A DNA stretch of 64,000 nt from an uncultured Chloroflexia bacterium (GTDB lineage Bacteria; Chloroflexota; Anaerolineae; B4-G1; SLSP01): NCBI GenBank assembly GCA_963751345.1, contig CAVVUS010000011.1, forward strand, positions 64,001 through 128,000, read 5' to 3'. The position numbers and the translations under genes are program-made. Numbering within the stretch: position 1 is the stretch's first letter; every line of letters begins with the position of its first letter. Of the stretch, positions 42,502 to 52,563 are shown piece by piece. A model generated the notes under the pieces. That model did not search any database and was not told where the DNA came from. It was given only the letters and a program-made list of their open reading frames with translations.

Positions 42502-43671
42502 GTGACCATCCGTAACAGGAATCAACTGTGGCGCCCCCGTCATACCGGCAGCCCTCTCAGCAGGGCGCTGCTTGCCTTATCCATCCTGATCCCGCCGGCT
42601 CTCCTCGGCTGTGGCGCCTCGCCGACCGATCTTGAAGTCGTACAGTACACCCCGCTGCCCGGCGGTGACTGGCAGGTGTCGACACCTGAAGCGCAGGGGC
42701 TTGATCCAAAGCTGGTGGACAGGCTCTACCGCAAAGCTGCCGGCATGTCGTCCGTCTACGGGCTGCTCGTGTTCAAGAACGACACCCTGATCGCCGAGGC
42801 CTACTTCAACGGGGCGTCCGTCGACCAGACGCTCAACATCCATTCGGTCACGAAGAGCTACAACTCGGCGCTGGTCGGGATCGCACTTGAGCAGGGCTGC
42901 CTATCCGGCGTCGATCAGAAGATGATGGACTTCTTCCCGGAGTTCGCCGACCGGATCAGAGATCCGCGTAAGGCGGAGATCACGATTCGCGATTTGCTGC
43001 AGATGCGTGCCGGGTATCCGTGGGAGGAATCCGGGCCGGAGCTCCTTGAGCTCCTGTTCACGGGCTTCCACACTTCGAACGTGGTAGACGTGCCCTTGGC
43101 CTACGATCCGGGCACCAGTATGCAATACAGCAACCTGAGCTCCCATCTGCTGGGTATCATCGTCTCGCGGGCGTGCGGCACGGATCTCAAGTCATTTGCA
43201 GAGCAGTATCTTCTTGGGCCGCTTGGTACCGAGGTCGCGTTCTGGCAGACAGATTGGGACGGCAACTACCTGGGCTTCTCGGATCTTCACGTTGGAGCAC
43301 GTGATCTGGCCAAGTTTGGTCTTACATATCTCAACGACGGGCAATACCAGGGAGTGCAACTTGTCCCATCGGACTGGGTGCACGACTCCCTCCAAGTCTA
43401 CTCGGAGGACGCCTGGTCCTACAGAGTGGGCCGTCATTGGAAGGACGTCGGATATGGCTACCAGTGGTGGTCCGTGAGGGCCGGCAGCCATCGCTACAAC
43501 CTGGCCTGGGGCCACGGCGGCGAACAGATCGCTCTGTTGAAGGACCTCGATATGGTCGTCGTGGCTACCGTGGACCCGCTGCATCTCCAGCACGGGGACA
43601 AGCCGTGGCGGATCGAGAAGGCGAACTTGAACATGGTGGCGGACTTCATCGCCTCTCTGCCTAACGAGTAA
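42502..43671 (+). CDS. serine hydrolase (class C beta-lactamase family), probable lipoprotein
   Basis: SVTK (SxxK), YSN, AWGHGGEQI; LLGC lipobox. Confidence 0.9.
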   Translation: MTIRNRNQLWRPRHTGSPLSRALLALSILIPPALLGCGASPTDLEVVQYTPLPGGDWQVSTPEAQGLDPKLVDRLYRKAAGMSSVYGLLVFKNDTLIAEAYFNGASVDQTLNIHSVTKSYNSALVGIALEQGCLSGVDQKMMDFFPEFADRIRDPRKAEITIRDLLQMRAGYPWEESGPELLELLFTGFHTSNVVDVPLAYDPGTSMQYSNLSSHLLGIIVSRACGTDLKSFAEQYLLGPLGTEVAFWQTDWDGNYLGFSDLHVGARDLAKFGLTYLNDGQYQGVQLVPSDWVHDSLQVYSEDAWSYRVGRHWKDVGYGYQWWSVRAGSHRYNLAWGHGGEQIALLKDLDMVVVATVDPLHLQHGDKPWRIEKANLNMVADFIASLPNE

Positions 43672-43741
43672 GCAGGGGCGACGGCGATGCACTGTCTGGC
43701 AACGGAGCTCATGAGTTCACTGGAATGATGGGAGGAGATCT

Positions 43742-44731
43742 ATGAAGGCGATGGTGTTCACGAAGTATGGGTCACTCGATGGTCTCAAGTCGGCGGAAGT
43801 CCCCAAGCCGGTCTTGACCGACGACGGTGTGCTGGTCAAAGTCTACGCCTCATCCGTCAACTTCGCGAACGTCGCTCACGTGCAGGGCGAGCCGTTCGTC
43901 AGCCGGCTCTGGTCCGGCCTCCAGGAGCCGAAGAACCAGATTCCCGGCGGCGACGTCGCCGGGCGTGTGGAGGCCGTCGGCCCAGACGTGACCCGATTCC
44001 AACCCGGTGACGAGGTCTATGGGGACGTGGCTGACCGTGGGTTTGGCGCCTTCGCCGAATGGGTGTCTGCGCCTGAGAGCGCATTCGCCCTCAAACCCGC
44101 CAACGCGACCTTTGAGGAGGCTGCTGCGGCAGCGCAGTCGGGACTCGTCGCCCTGCAGGGTCTTCGCGACAAGGGAGGCATACGATCAGGACAGAAGGTC
44201 CTGATCGTTGGGGCGTCGGGCGGCAACGGTACATTCGCCGTGCAGATCGCGAAGGCGTTCGGCGCAGAGGTGACGGGTGTGTGCGGCACCAGGAACGTGG
44301 AGCTGGTGCGGTCCATCGGCGCCGACCACGTCATTGACTACACGCAGGAAGATTTCGCCCAAGGCGAGGAGCGCTATGACCTGATCTTCGCCACCGCGGG
44401 CAACAACTCGATCTTCGACTATAGGCGTGCGCTGAGCCCCAACGGTACCTACGTCTCCGCCGGAGGCGCGATGGCCCAGGTCTACCAGGGGATGTTCCTG
44501 GGACCGCTGATCTCGGCGGGTGGGAGCCGGCGAATGACCTATCTCTACATGAAACAGAACGCGCAAGACCTGGTTGATCTGAAGGAACTCATCGAGGCCG
44601 GCAAGGTGAGGTCCATTATCGACCGACGTTACCCGTTGAGCGAGGCTGCCGAAGCGCTTCGTTACTACGCGGAGGGACACGCCCGCGGGAAAGTCGTCAT
44701 CACGATGGATCGTGGTGACACCAATGGGTAG
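43742..44731 (+). CDS. MDR superfamily NAD(P)-dependent oxidoreductase (quinone reductase-like)
   Basis: PGGDVAGRVEAVG, VGASGGNG, GADHVIDY, GHARGKVVI. Confidence 0.92.
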   Translation: MKAMVFTKYGSLDGLKSAEVPKPVLTDDGVLVKVYASSVNFANVAHVQGEPFVSRLWSGLQEPKNQIPGGDVAGRVEAVGPDVTRFQPGDEVYGDVADRGFGAFAEWVSAPESAFALKPANATFEEAAAAAQSGLVALQGLRDKGGIRSGQKVLIVGASGGNGTFAVQIAKAFGAEVTGVCGTRNVELVRSIGADHVIDYTQEDFAQGEERYDLIFATAGNNSIFDYRRALSPNGTYVSAGGAMAQVYQGMFLGPLISAGGSRRMTYLYMKQNAQDLVDLKELIEAGKVRSIIDRRYPLSEAAEALRYYAEGHARGKVVITMDRGDTNG

Positions 44732-44751
44732 TAAAGCTAGTCATTGGATTC

Positions 44752-44841
44752 TGTCATCCTAAGCGATCGCCCACGCAGGGGACGCGCGAAGGATCTCAGT
44801 CCCGCAAGGTATAGATTCTTAGCCTTAGGCGAAGAATGACA
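44752..44841. repeat. degenerate REP-like palindromic element
   Basis: TGTCATCCTAAGCG...GCGAAGGATCT...AGATTCTT...AGAATGACA resembles the widespread GTCATYCTGAGCG..GCGAAGRATCT repeat. Confidence 0.6.
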
Positions 44842-44908
44842 CATGCAACGCTAAACGCAACAGAGCGCCGGGTATGTTTGACTTCATCCATATGAGGAGG
44901 TGGTGGAG

Positions 44909-45274
44909 ATGAGTGCGATACGGATACAGCTTTCGGCTCTATGGGTTTCCCTGATGCTGACCTACTTCCTGGGGGACATCATACGGGTGTTCAGCGGCGA
45001 TTACCTGAAGGGCGTGGCAGACCCAACGCAGATAGGGCAGGCCGCGTATCTCGGTATGGCAGCGCTCTTTGTGATCCCCATTGCCATGATCTTCCTGTCA
45101 TTGGTCCTGCCTCAGCCTATCGATCGGTGGGCCAACATCGTCGTGGCCGCGCTCTTTTTCCTGATCAACATCGTTGGGCTGCCAACGTATGCTTCTGCCT
45201 TCGATAAGTTCCTGATCGTCGTCGGGCTCGTCTTCAACGTCGTGACCGTGTGGTACGCCTGGAAATGGGCCTAG
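44909..45274 (+). CDS. DUF6326-like small membrane protein
   Basis: LSALWVSLMLTYFLGD...IPIAMIFLSLVL...RWANI...WYAWKW; GAGGAGG RBS. Confidence 0.8.
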   Translation: MSAIRIQLSALWVSLMLTYFLGDIIRVFSGDYLKGVADPTQIGQAAYLGMAALFVIPIAMIFLSLVLPQPIDRWANIVVAALFFLINIVGLPTYASAFDKFLIVVGLVFNVVTVWYAWKWA

Positions 45275-45302
45275 GCCACGATACTCGTCAGCCAAAGTGA
45301 GG

Positions 45303-46061
45303 ATGAACGTGAATCAGACACTGTCAATCGAGGAGGCGAGCCACAACTCGCCAGTCACGTCGCTTCTATTGCACCTCGTTCCGGGGGTGTTGGCGACCGC
45401 CGGCTTCTTGGTCCTGAGGCCGGTCGTCGAGTCGGCCGGCTTTCCGCCTCTGCTCGCCTTCCTGCTGGCGATCCTGTTGCTCGACCTGCCGTTCATGCTC
45501 GGGGTGATGCTCAACGAAGGGAAGAAGTCGAACGGACGGTTCGGCCTCAAGGGTGTTGTGCACTACGGTCACAAGCTGGCCTGGAAGACCTTCGCTTTGA
45601 TCTTCGTGGGCGCCTTCGTAGGGGTGTACCTGCTGGTGATGTTGGTGACCCCGATCAGCGCTTTCCTGGAGGAGCGATTCTTCACCGGCCTGCCAGCGTG
45701 GCTGTTCCTGGAGGAGCGGACACAGTACGAGGTGTACGCCAAGAACGTCCTCGTCGCCATCTTTGCCCTTCAGTTGGTTCTGACGGGTGTGGCCCTGCCG
45801 TGGGTGGAGGAGCTCTACTTCCGCGGCTATCTGCTGCCCCGGCTCTCACGATACGGCCCATGGGCGCCGCTCTTGGGTGGGGCGTTCTTTGGTCTCTATC
45901 ACGTCTGGCAGTTATACGGTTTCGTGACCGTCTTCTTGCTGGGTACCGCACTGGGATACGTCGTCTGGTGGAAGAACGACCTGCGGCTCAGCATCGGCCT
46001 GCACCTGTTGTCGAACGTCTTGACGCGGCTGATGCTCTTAATCGCCGCTTTTGCGATGTGA
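45303..46061 (+). CDS. CPBP family intramembrane metalloprotease
   Basis: PWVEELYFRG, FGLYH, HLLSN motifs. Confidence 0.9.
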   Translation: MNVNQTLSIEEASHNSPVTSLLLHLVPGVLATAGFLVLRPVVESAGFPPLLAFLLAILLLDLPFMLGVMLNEGKKSNGRFGLKGVVHYGHKLAWKTFALIFVGAFVGVYLLVMLVTPISAFLEERFFTGLPAWLFLEERTQYEVYAKNVLVAIFALQLVLTGVALPWVEELYFRGYLLPRLSRYGPWAPLLGGAFFGLYHVWQLYGFVTVFLLGTALGYVVWWKNDLRLSIGLHLLSNVLTRLMLLIAAFAM

Positions 46062-46116
46062 GATTGACTACGAATGTCGTCATCAGAAATCCTAATCAAA
46101 CACGAGGAGAGAAGAG

Positions 46117-46830
46117 ATGAACTCACGTAATGGATCGATGCGGATCTTGGGGGTTGCCTTCTTGCTGCAGTTTGTCACCTCTATCGCCAGTGGTGTATTC
46201 GTGCAGCCGGCCCTGATCGTGCCTGAGGATATCGCGGCGACGATGACGCGTATCGCCAGCCATACGGGCCTGATGCGACTCAACATCCTATTGGATATGC
46301 TGACCGCCCTGGGCGTCGTCTTTCTCGGCGCGATGCTGTACCGGAGCCTAAGGCGAACCGGTGAGCGAGTGGCGCTCGTGGGTCTGGGCTTCTACATCCT
46401 GGAGGGCGCGCTGTTGGGCGCCAGTAAGCTGCAGTCCTTCTCGCTGCTGCGCATTAGCGAGCTCTACGCGGGCGGTGGAGAGCCGGAGTTATTGTCGACG
46501 ATGGCAATGCTGGCTCTTGAGTCGGCGGACTTCGTGGGCTTCCTGCTCCATATGGTGGCCTTCTGCTTGGGTGGCATCCTCTTCTATATTCTGCTCGTCA
46601 AGTCCGGCGTCGTGCCGCGCTGGCTGTCATTGTGGGGGGTGATCTCGGTCACGCCGCTTCTGATCGCGACGGTGCTGGATCTCTTCGAGGTCGCTGTCTC
46701 ACCGATACTCGCTCTACCCTACATTCCCTTCGAGCTTGTGATCGGGCTTTGGATCGTGGTGAAGGGTTTGAATGTCGCCGAGGTGGCGTCAGCCCCTTCG
46801 CCGTCGGCCCTAGCCGGCGCCACCGGCTGA
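46117..46830 (+). CDS. DUF4386 family membrane protein
   Basis: RILGVAFL...KSGVVPRWLSLWG...FELVIGLWIVVKG. Confidence 0.85.
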   Translation: MNSRNGSMRILGVAFLLQFVTSIASGVFVQPALIVPEDIAATMTRIASHTGLMRLNILLDMLTALGVVFLGAMLYRSLRRTGERVALVGLGFYILEGALLGASKLQSFSLLRISELYAGGGEPELLSTMAMLALESADFVGFLLHMVAFCLGGILFYILLVKSGVVPRWLSLWGVISVTPLLIATVLDLFEVAVSPILALPYIPFELVIGLWIVVKGLNVAEVASAPSPSALAGATG

Positions 46831-46869
46831 GTGCAGACCTATTCGCTGCGAGCCAAGACAGGAGCAGCT

Positions 46870-47886
46870 ATGAAGAACCATCGGGTTGTCGTAACGGCAC
46901 ACGGCGGGCCGGATGTGCTGAAGGTCATCGAAGAGGATCTCCCCGAACCGGGAGAAGGCGAGGTGCGTTTGAGAGTGTTGGCCGCGGGGGTCTCGGCCTA
47001 CGACGCCATGCTCCGAAGCTCGGGGGCGCTGCCCGGCACACCGCGCGTGCCGTACACGCCCGGTGAGGACGTCGTCGGGGTGGTGGACGAGTTAGGTGAG
47101 GGCGTGTCGATCCTCGAACCGGGGCAGCGAGTGGCAGCCTTCACCTTCGGCGACAGCGGCGGGTACACGGAGTTCATCTGCCGGCCCGCCGACCAAATGG
47201 TGACTGTCCCCAGAGATGTGGATCCCGCCGAGGCCGTCTGCCTGGTGGTGAACTACCTTACCGCGCACCTGGCGATGCACCAGGCCGCCAAAGTGCGGGA
47301 CGGCGAGCGGGTCCTCATCCATGGTGCGGCGGGCGGCGTGGGCACCGCGCTCCTCGAGCTCGGGAAACTGGCCGGGCTGGAGATGTATGGCACGGCCTCC
47401 GGCTACAACCACGATTTGGTGTCCGGCCTCGGAGCCACGCCAATCGACTATCACGCCGAGGACTTCGTCAAACGTACCCGCGATCTCACCGGCGATGGTG
47501 TGGACGTGGCGTTCGACCCAATCGGCGGCGCCCGGCACATCTGGCGCTCGTATCGGGCCCTGGGCAAAGGTGGGCGGCTCGTATGGTTCGGTATGGCCGC
47601 CGCGAAGAGCAAGGGACTGTGGATCATCCCCTTCACTCTGGGGATGCAGGTGCTGCTCTCGGTGATCCCAGACGGCAAACAGGCGCCGCTCATGCCGGAC
47701 CTTGGCACGAAGACCGCCGCACAGAACGCCTGGTACCGTGAGACCCTGACAGAGCTCCTCGGTCTGCTAGCGGAGGGGCGGCTCAAGCCGGTGGTGGCGG
47801 CGCGCATCCCGCTGATGGAAGCTGGCCGCGCTCACGAGCTGCTCGATCGCGGCGGATACGCCGGCAAGATTGTACTCACCCACTAG
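46870..47886 (+). CDS. MDR superfamily oxidoreductase
   Basis: HGGPDVL, PYTPGEDVVG, HGAAGGVG, AGKIVL; GGAG RBS before ATG 46870. Confidence 0.92.
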   Translation: MKNHRVVVTAHGGPDVLKVIEEDLPEPGEGEVRLRVLAAGVSAYDAMLRSSGALPGTPRVPYTPGEDVVGVVDELGEGVSILEPGQRVAAFTFGDSGGYTEFICRPADQMVTVPRDVDPAEAVCLVVNYLTAHLAMHQAAKVRDGERVLIHGAAGGVGTALLELGKLAGLEMYGTASGYNHDLVSGLGATPIDYHAEDFVKRTRDLTGDGVDVAFDPIGGARHIWRSYRALGKGGRLVWFGMAAAKSKGLWIIPFTLGMQVLLSVIPDGKQAPLMPDLGTKTAAQNAWYRETLTELLGLLAEGRLKPVVAARIPLMEAGRAHELLDRGGYAGKIVLTH

Positions 47887-47903
47887 CACAAGGAGAGATC
47901 AGT

Positions 47904-48083
47904 ATGGAGACTACAGATACAAAGGGCATCGTCAGCATCGTGCTGAGGGCGGTAGCCGTTGGGTTGTCCGTTGCCAGCATCGCGCTTGGCTTTGTCCCTG
48001 GCGTGGCGGACGTGGACACGCAGATCACACTGCTGAGCATCGGTCTCGCGGCGCTCGCCATCGAGTCCCTGCAGAAAGAGTGA
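47904..48083 (+). CDS. 59-aa two-TM membrane protein (absent from the ORF track)
   Basis: AAGGAG RBS; METTDTKGIVSIVLRAVAVGLSVASIALGFVPGVADVDTQITLLSIGLAALAIESLQKE. Confidence 0.75.
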   Translation: METTDTKGIVSIVLRAVAVGLSVASIALGFVPGVADVDTQITLLSIGLAALAIESLQKE

Positions 48084-48248
48084 TTATCGCGACACTCATA
48101 CATACTACGTAGCATCCCAGTCCACGCAGCTGACGGTGGTCAACAGCCGCGCACCTAATTCGATCGAGCAGATCCTCAATTAGCGCAATCATCCTCCTGG
48201 GTCTATAATCGGGACTCCCTTTCCTGATCACAGCCAAGGCGAGGTGTC

Positions 48249-51098
48249 ATGGCTTCCCGGCCAACGGTTGATGCGCAGGCATTGCCGTTTCTGCGCACGA
48301 AACTCTATGCCCCACCGCTGCGGTCCGAGCTGGTCTCGCGACCGCGCCTGATCAAGCGGCTCAACGCCGGTCTCTGGCGTGCCGGCGGTGCCGCGCGCAA
48401 GCTCACCCTCGTCTCTGCCCCTGCCGGCTTCGGAAAGACGACGCTGGTCAGCGCGTGGGCGCAGTCGCTGGGCAATGCGCTCCCAACCGTCGCCGGCCCG
48501 GACGAAGCTCCCGGCTCAGGGGATACTGCGGTCTCTTTCGCCTGGTTGTCCCTTGACGAGGGGGACAACGACGTGATGCGCTTTCTGGCCTATCTCATCG
48601 CCGCGCTACAGACGGCCGAGGCCGGACTGGGCGGCGTCGCACTGTCGAGACTGCAGTCCCAGCAGCCGCCTCCCGCTGAGGTGACCCTCAGCGCCGTGAT
48701 CAACGATGTCGCCGTTCTCTCCACGCGGATCATCCTTGTTCTCGACGATTATCATCTCATCGAGGCCCAAGCGATCCATCAGGCCGTCGCGTTCATCCTT
48801 CGGCACCAGCCCCCGCAGCTACACCTGGCCATCGTCACCCGCGAAGATCCCTTCTTGCCCGTCGGCCGGCTGCGCGCCCGCGGAGAAATGACCGAGCTCC
48901 GTGCAGCGGACCTGCGCTTCACTCCTACCGAAGCCACCGCTTTCCTAGATGAGGTTATGGGTCTGGCGCTGTCGAGCGAAGACGTAGCTGCGCTGGCACA
49001 GCGTACTGAGGGCTGGATCGCCGGTATCCAGTTGGCTGCGCTATCGATGCAGGGCCGCCGGGATGTCTCTAGTTTCGTGCGCTCTTTCACAGGAAGCCAC
49101 CGCTTCGTGCTTGACTACTTGGTCGAGGAGGTTCTCGACCGACAGCCCGCCCCTGTTCAGACCTTCCTCCTCCAAACCTCGATCCTTGCCCGGATGTCGG
49201 GCTCGCTGTGCGATGCGGTGCGACTGGGACGTGCTGATCTCCCGACAGGCACGGATGATGGTCAGACCACGCTCGAGGCACTGGAGCGCGCCAACCTGTT
49301 TATCATCCCCCTGGACCACGACCGCCGCTGGTACCGGTACCACCATCTCTTCGCCGATCTGCTGCGACGGCGCCTTCGTCAGACCTATCCGGATCAGATT
49401 CCGACCTTGCATCAGCGGGCGAGTGCATGGTTTGAGCATCACGATCTGCCGGCTGACGCGATCCGCCATGCTTACGCCGCGGAAGATCTTGAGCGGGTCG
49501 CCGATCTTGCGGAGCTGGCCTGGCCCGATTGGAGCGAGACCTACAAAGCTATCATATGGCTCGGTTGGGTTAAGGCGTTGCCCGACGCCGTTGTGCAGAA
49601 CAGGCCGGTGCTCGGTATGGCCTATGCCTGGGCCTATCTGAATTCCGGTCAGTTGGAGCAAGCCGAGAGCAAGATCCAAGACGCCGAGCGGTGGCTCGAA
49701 CCTCCGACCGGTAGGGCAGCGGACTCAGACATCGACTCGCCATTGCCAGTCGTCGTTGACGACCAGCAGTTCCAGGCGTTGCCCGTTCAGCTGGCGATCG
49801 CTCGGGCATACCTTGCTCAGGCCACCGGCAATGTGTCCGGCACCGTGACCTATGTGACGCGTGCGCTCGATCTGCTTCCCCAAGATGATGCCCACAATCG
49901 CGCGTCGGTGACGGCACTCCTGGCGCTTGCCTACTGGGCCAGCGGGGATGTGCGGGCTGCTCAGCGGGTCTTTCCCGAGGAGCTCTTCTACGACGATTAT
50001 GACCTGATCACGGGTACGTTCGTCCGCGTGGGTATGCGGCTCGCGCTCGGGTGTCTACGTGAGGCGTTCGTGCTCTGCGAGCACGCCCTGCAGCTGGCGG
50101 ACAAACTCGGTGAGCCCGTCGGGACTGAGGATGTCTACATCGCGCGGGCCCGGCTTCACCGTGAGCGCGGCGAACTGGAACGCGCGGCCCAGGACTTGGC
50201 CAAGGCAAAGGACCTCGGCGACCAGGTCGAGCTACCGGATTGGTACCACCGCTGGTATGTCGCTCAGGCTGGACTCAGTGAGTCCAGGGGATATCTTGAC
50301 GGCGCGCTGGGCTACCTCGATCAGGCTGCACGCAGCTTTGTCCGAACCCCCGTGCCGGACGTTCGACCTATCCCCGCACGCAGGGCACAGGTTCTGATCA
50401 AGCTGGGGCGATTGGGCGAGGCTGAGGTTTGGGCGCGGGAACGTGGTCTGTCCGTCGATGACGCCCTTAGCTTCCTCCACGAGTACGAGCATATCACCTT
50501 GGCCCGGCTGCACCTTGCGCGATACCGCCGCGATGGCGGGGGCGAGCTCCTTTACAGCGCGACCAGTCTCTTGGATCGCCTGCTGATAGCCGCCGAGGAT
50601 AGCGACAGGATGGGGAGCGCGATTGAGATCCTCATACTGAGAGCGATTGCCTTCGAGGCCGAGGGTCGCGTGTCTGACGCGTTGGTGCCGTTGGAGCGTG
50701 CCCTGGTTCTCGCCGAGCCCGAGGGCTACGTCTCTTGTTTTGTGGACGAGGGAGCGCCAATGGCGCGGTTGCTCTACGAGGCGCTGTCCCGAGGCATTTC
50801 GCCGGCCTATGTGGGACGGTTGTTGTCGGCAGTCTCGTCCGCCGAACCTGGTCCGCCGGTGACCGGCCAGCCGCTGCTCGCGCAAGAGGGCTTGCTGGAG
50901 CCCTTGAGTGAACGCGAGATCGAGGTACTTCAGCTCATTGGGCAGGGCTTCACCAATCCGGAGATCGCGAAAAGGCTCTACCTCTCGCTGAACACTGTCA
51001 AGGTGCATACCCGCAACATCTACGGCAAGCTCGACGTCCACAACCGGACCCAGGCGGTCGCGCGGGGCAGGGCTTTGGGCCTGCTCTCTGACGTGTAG
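48249..51098 (+). CDS. MalT-like STAND ATPase / TPR / LuxR-HTH transcriptional activator
   Basis: LRTKLYAP, APAGFGKTT, LVLDDYH, TEGWIAGIQL, WYRYHHLFAD, C-terminal LSEREIEVL...TVKVHTRNIYGKL; TATAAT at 48204. Confidence 0.95.
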   Translation: MASRPTVDAQALPFLRTKLYAPPLRSELVSRPRLIKRLNAGLWRAGGAARKLTLVSAPAGFGKTTLVSAWAQSLGNALPTVAGPDEAPGSGDTAVSFAWLSLDEGDNDVMRFLAYLIAALQTAEAGLGGVALSRLQSQQPPPAEVTLSAVINDVAVLSTRIILVLDDYHLIEAQAIHQAVAFILRHQPPQLHLAIVTREDPFLPVGRLRARGEMTELRAADLRFTPTEATAFLDEVMGLALSSEDVAALAQRTEGWIAGIQLAALSMQGRRDVSSFVRSFTGSHRFVLDYLVEEVLDRQPAPVQTFLLQTSILARMSGSLCDAVRLGRADLPTGTDDGQTTLEALERANLFIIPLDHDRRWYRYHHLFADLLRRRLRQTYPDQIPTLHQRASAWFEHHDLPADAIRHAYAAEDLERVADLAELAWPDWSETYKAIIWLGWVKALPDAVVQNRPVLGMAYAWAYLNSGQLEQAESKIQDAERWLEPPTGRAADSDIDSPLPVVVDDQQFQALPVQLAIARAYLAQATGNVSGTVTYVTRALDLLPQDDAHNRASVTALLALAYWASGDVRAAQRVFPEELFYDDYDLITGTFVRVGMRLALGCLREAFVLCEHALQLADKLGEPVGTEDVYIARARLHRERGELERAAQDLAKAKDLGDQVELPDWYHRWYVAQAGLSESRGYLDGALGYLDQAARSFVRTPVPDVRPIPARRAQVLIKLGRLGEAEVWARERGLSVDDALSFLHEYEHITLARLHLARYRRDGGGELLYSATSLLDRLLIAAEDSDRMGSAIEILILRAIAFEAEGRVSDALVPLERALVLAEPEGYVSCFVDEGAPMARLLYEALSRGISPAYVGRLLSAVSSAEPGPPVTGQPLLAQEGLLEPLSEREIEVLQLIGQGFTNPEIAKRLYLSLNTVKVHTRNIYGKLDVHNRTQAVARGRALGLLSDV

Positions 51099-51160
51099 CC
51101 GGATTACCACTCCGGTCGATTCCCCTCTCGGCTCTTAAGTGGGACCAGGTACCGGGCCTG

Positions 51161-51219
51161 ATTACCCCTGCCATTACCACGTTCGTGGGATGACGCTAGT
51201 ACCGCTCTCCTCATACAAT
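51161..51219 (+). promoter_or_regulatory. conserved regulon promoter, copy 2
   Basis: ATTACCCCTGCC-ATTACCACGTTCGTGGG-ATGACG-N18-TACAAT; an extra ATTACCAC at 51103. Confidence 0.8.
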
Positions 51220-51279
51220 GAAAACGTCGGCTAGATTCGTCAGCACTGTAGCAACAGACAACTCAGAGGAGAGTCACGA

Positions 51280-51981
51280 ATGAACAACCACAGAACCATT
51301 GCCACCCTCGTCGGTATCTGCTTTATCTTGTCGAACGCCACCTTTATGATCGGCGCCGTTGCCTTTGTCGAGCCCGTACTGGGTGCGCCGGACCTTCTCA
51401 GCGCGGTCTCAGCGAACTCGGCGAAGCTCGTGACGGGCACCCTGATGGAGTTGGTGAACGGGATTTTCTACCTCAGCATCGCGGCGCTGATGTTCCCCAT
51501 CTTGCGGAAACGCGCCGACGCTCTGGCGATCGGGTACGTGGCCTTCAGGGTGATTGAGTTCATTATGCAAGTTCTCGCCGAGCTTAGTCCAATGGCCTTG
51601 CTGACCGTGGCCGAAGGTGCGGCCCAGGCCGGGCCCACCGGATCTTTCCAGGCCATTGCATCCCTGCTGCTGGCGAACCGCCTCTGGGCCTTCCGGATGA
51701 TCTCCGTCTTCTTGGCGGCGGGAGCTTTCATTTTCTACCCGACGCTCTACAAGACGCGGCTTGTCCCGCGCTTCATCTCGATCTGGGGGCTGATTGGGGC
51801 GGCAGGTGTCCTGGTTACCGCTATCCTTGAGATGTTCGGTGTCACCCCGCCCAGCTTCGGCATCCTGATGCTGCTCAATGAGCTCTTCTTGGGCGGTTGG
51901 CTGATCGTCAAGGGTTTCGCCGAGCCGGTTGGGAAATCGGGCACGCAGCTTGGCGCAGCGGCCTTCATGCCCGTGAAGTAG
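51280..51981 (+). CDS. DUF4386 family membrane protein
   Basis: ATLVGICFI...YKTRLVPRFISIWG...NELFLGGWLIVKGF. Confidence 0.85.
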   Translation: MNNHRTIATLVGICFILSNATFMIGAVAFVEPVLGAPDLLSAVSANSAKLVTGTLMELVNGIFYLSIAALMFPILRKRADALAIGYVAFRVIEFIMQVLAELSPMALLTVAEGAAQAGPTGSFQAIASLLLANRLWAFRMISVFLAAGAFIFYPTLYKTRLVPRFISIWGLIGAAGVLVTAILEMFGVTPPSFGILMLLNELFLGGWLIVKGFAEPVGKSGTQLGAAAFMPVK

Positions 51982-52029
51982 CGGTGGCAAGGTGAGCGCA
52001 GCCAGCGTAGTCACGAGAGTCGAGAGGTG

Positions 52030-52461
52030 ATGGATACGAAGGGAAGTGGGTCTCTACCGCTACAGGACACAAGTGTGAGCCTGAAGCTCAAGCTTTCGGC
52101 CCTATGGGCAGCTCTGATGTTCCTGTACATCTACGTGGACCATTTCGCGCTGTTTATTCCCGGCGTTCTCGAGGACGCCATCGCGGGAGAAGTGGGGGGC
52201 TTCCGGGTGACCCAGGGCTGGCTCGTGGCAGCGATGGCCCTGATGACCATTCCGAGCCTGATGATTCCGCTTTCAGTGTTGCTGACAGCCAAGGCGAGCC
52301 GTTGGCTCAACATCATCGCCGGGGTGGTCTACGCTCTGGTAGTGGTCGGCAACACGGTCGGTGAGTCTTGGCTCTACTACATCGGCGCCTCCGTCGTTGA
52401 GCTCGTGCTTCTGGCGTTGATCGTATGGCACGCCTGGCGCTGGCCCAAACTGGAAGCGTGA
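52030..52461 (+). CDS. DUF6326-like membrane protein
   Basis: KLKLSALWAALMFLYIYVD...IPSLMIPLS...RWLNI...WHAWRWP. Confidence 0.85.
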   Translation: MDTKGSGSLPLQDTSVSLKLKLSALWAALMFLYIYVDHFALFIPGVLEDAIAGEVGGFRVTQGWLVAAMALMTIPSLMIPLSVLLTAKASRWLNIIAGVVYALVVVGNTVGESWLYYIGASVVELVLLALIVWHAWRWPKLEA

Positions 52462-52563
52462 TCGGAAGGGTTCGCTTGTTCTCGACAGACACGGTGGAGC
52501 ACCACTTCCTCCGCTGTCAGGCGCGTGGACCGCGCGTCCCCCCGAGCGATCACCTGGTTCTCA

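Noticed and set aside
42502-43671. True AmpC beta-lactam resistance gene
   Set aside because: SxxK and YxN are present but the KTG motif is replaced by AWG; this broad family is mostly esterases and amidases.
48249-51098. malT gene symbol / maltose regulon
   Set aside because: The architecture is MalT-like, but no maltose genes are nearby and the boxes differ from GGA(T/G)GA.
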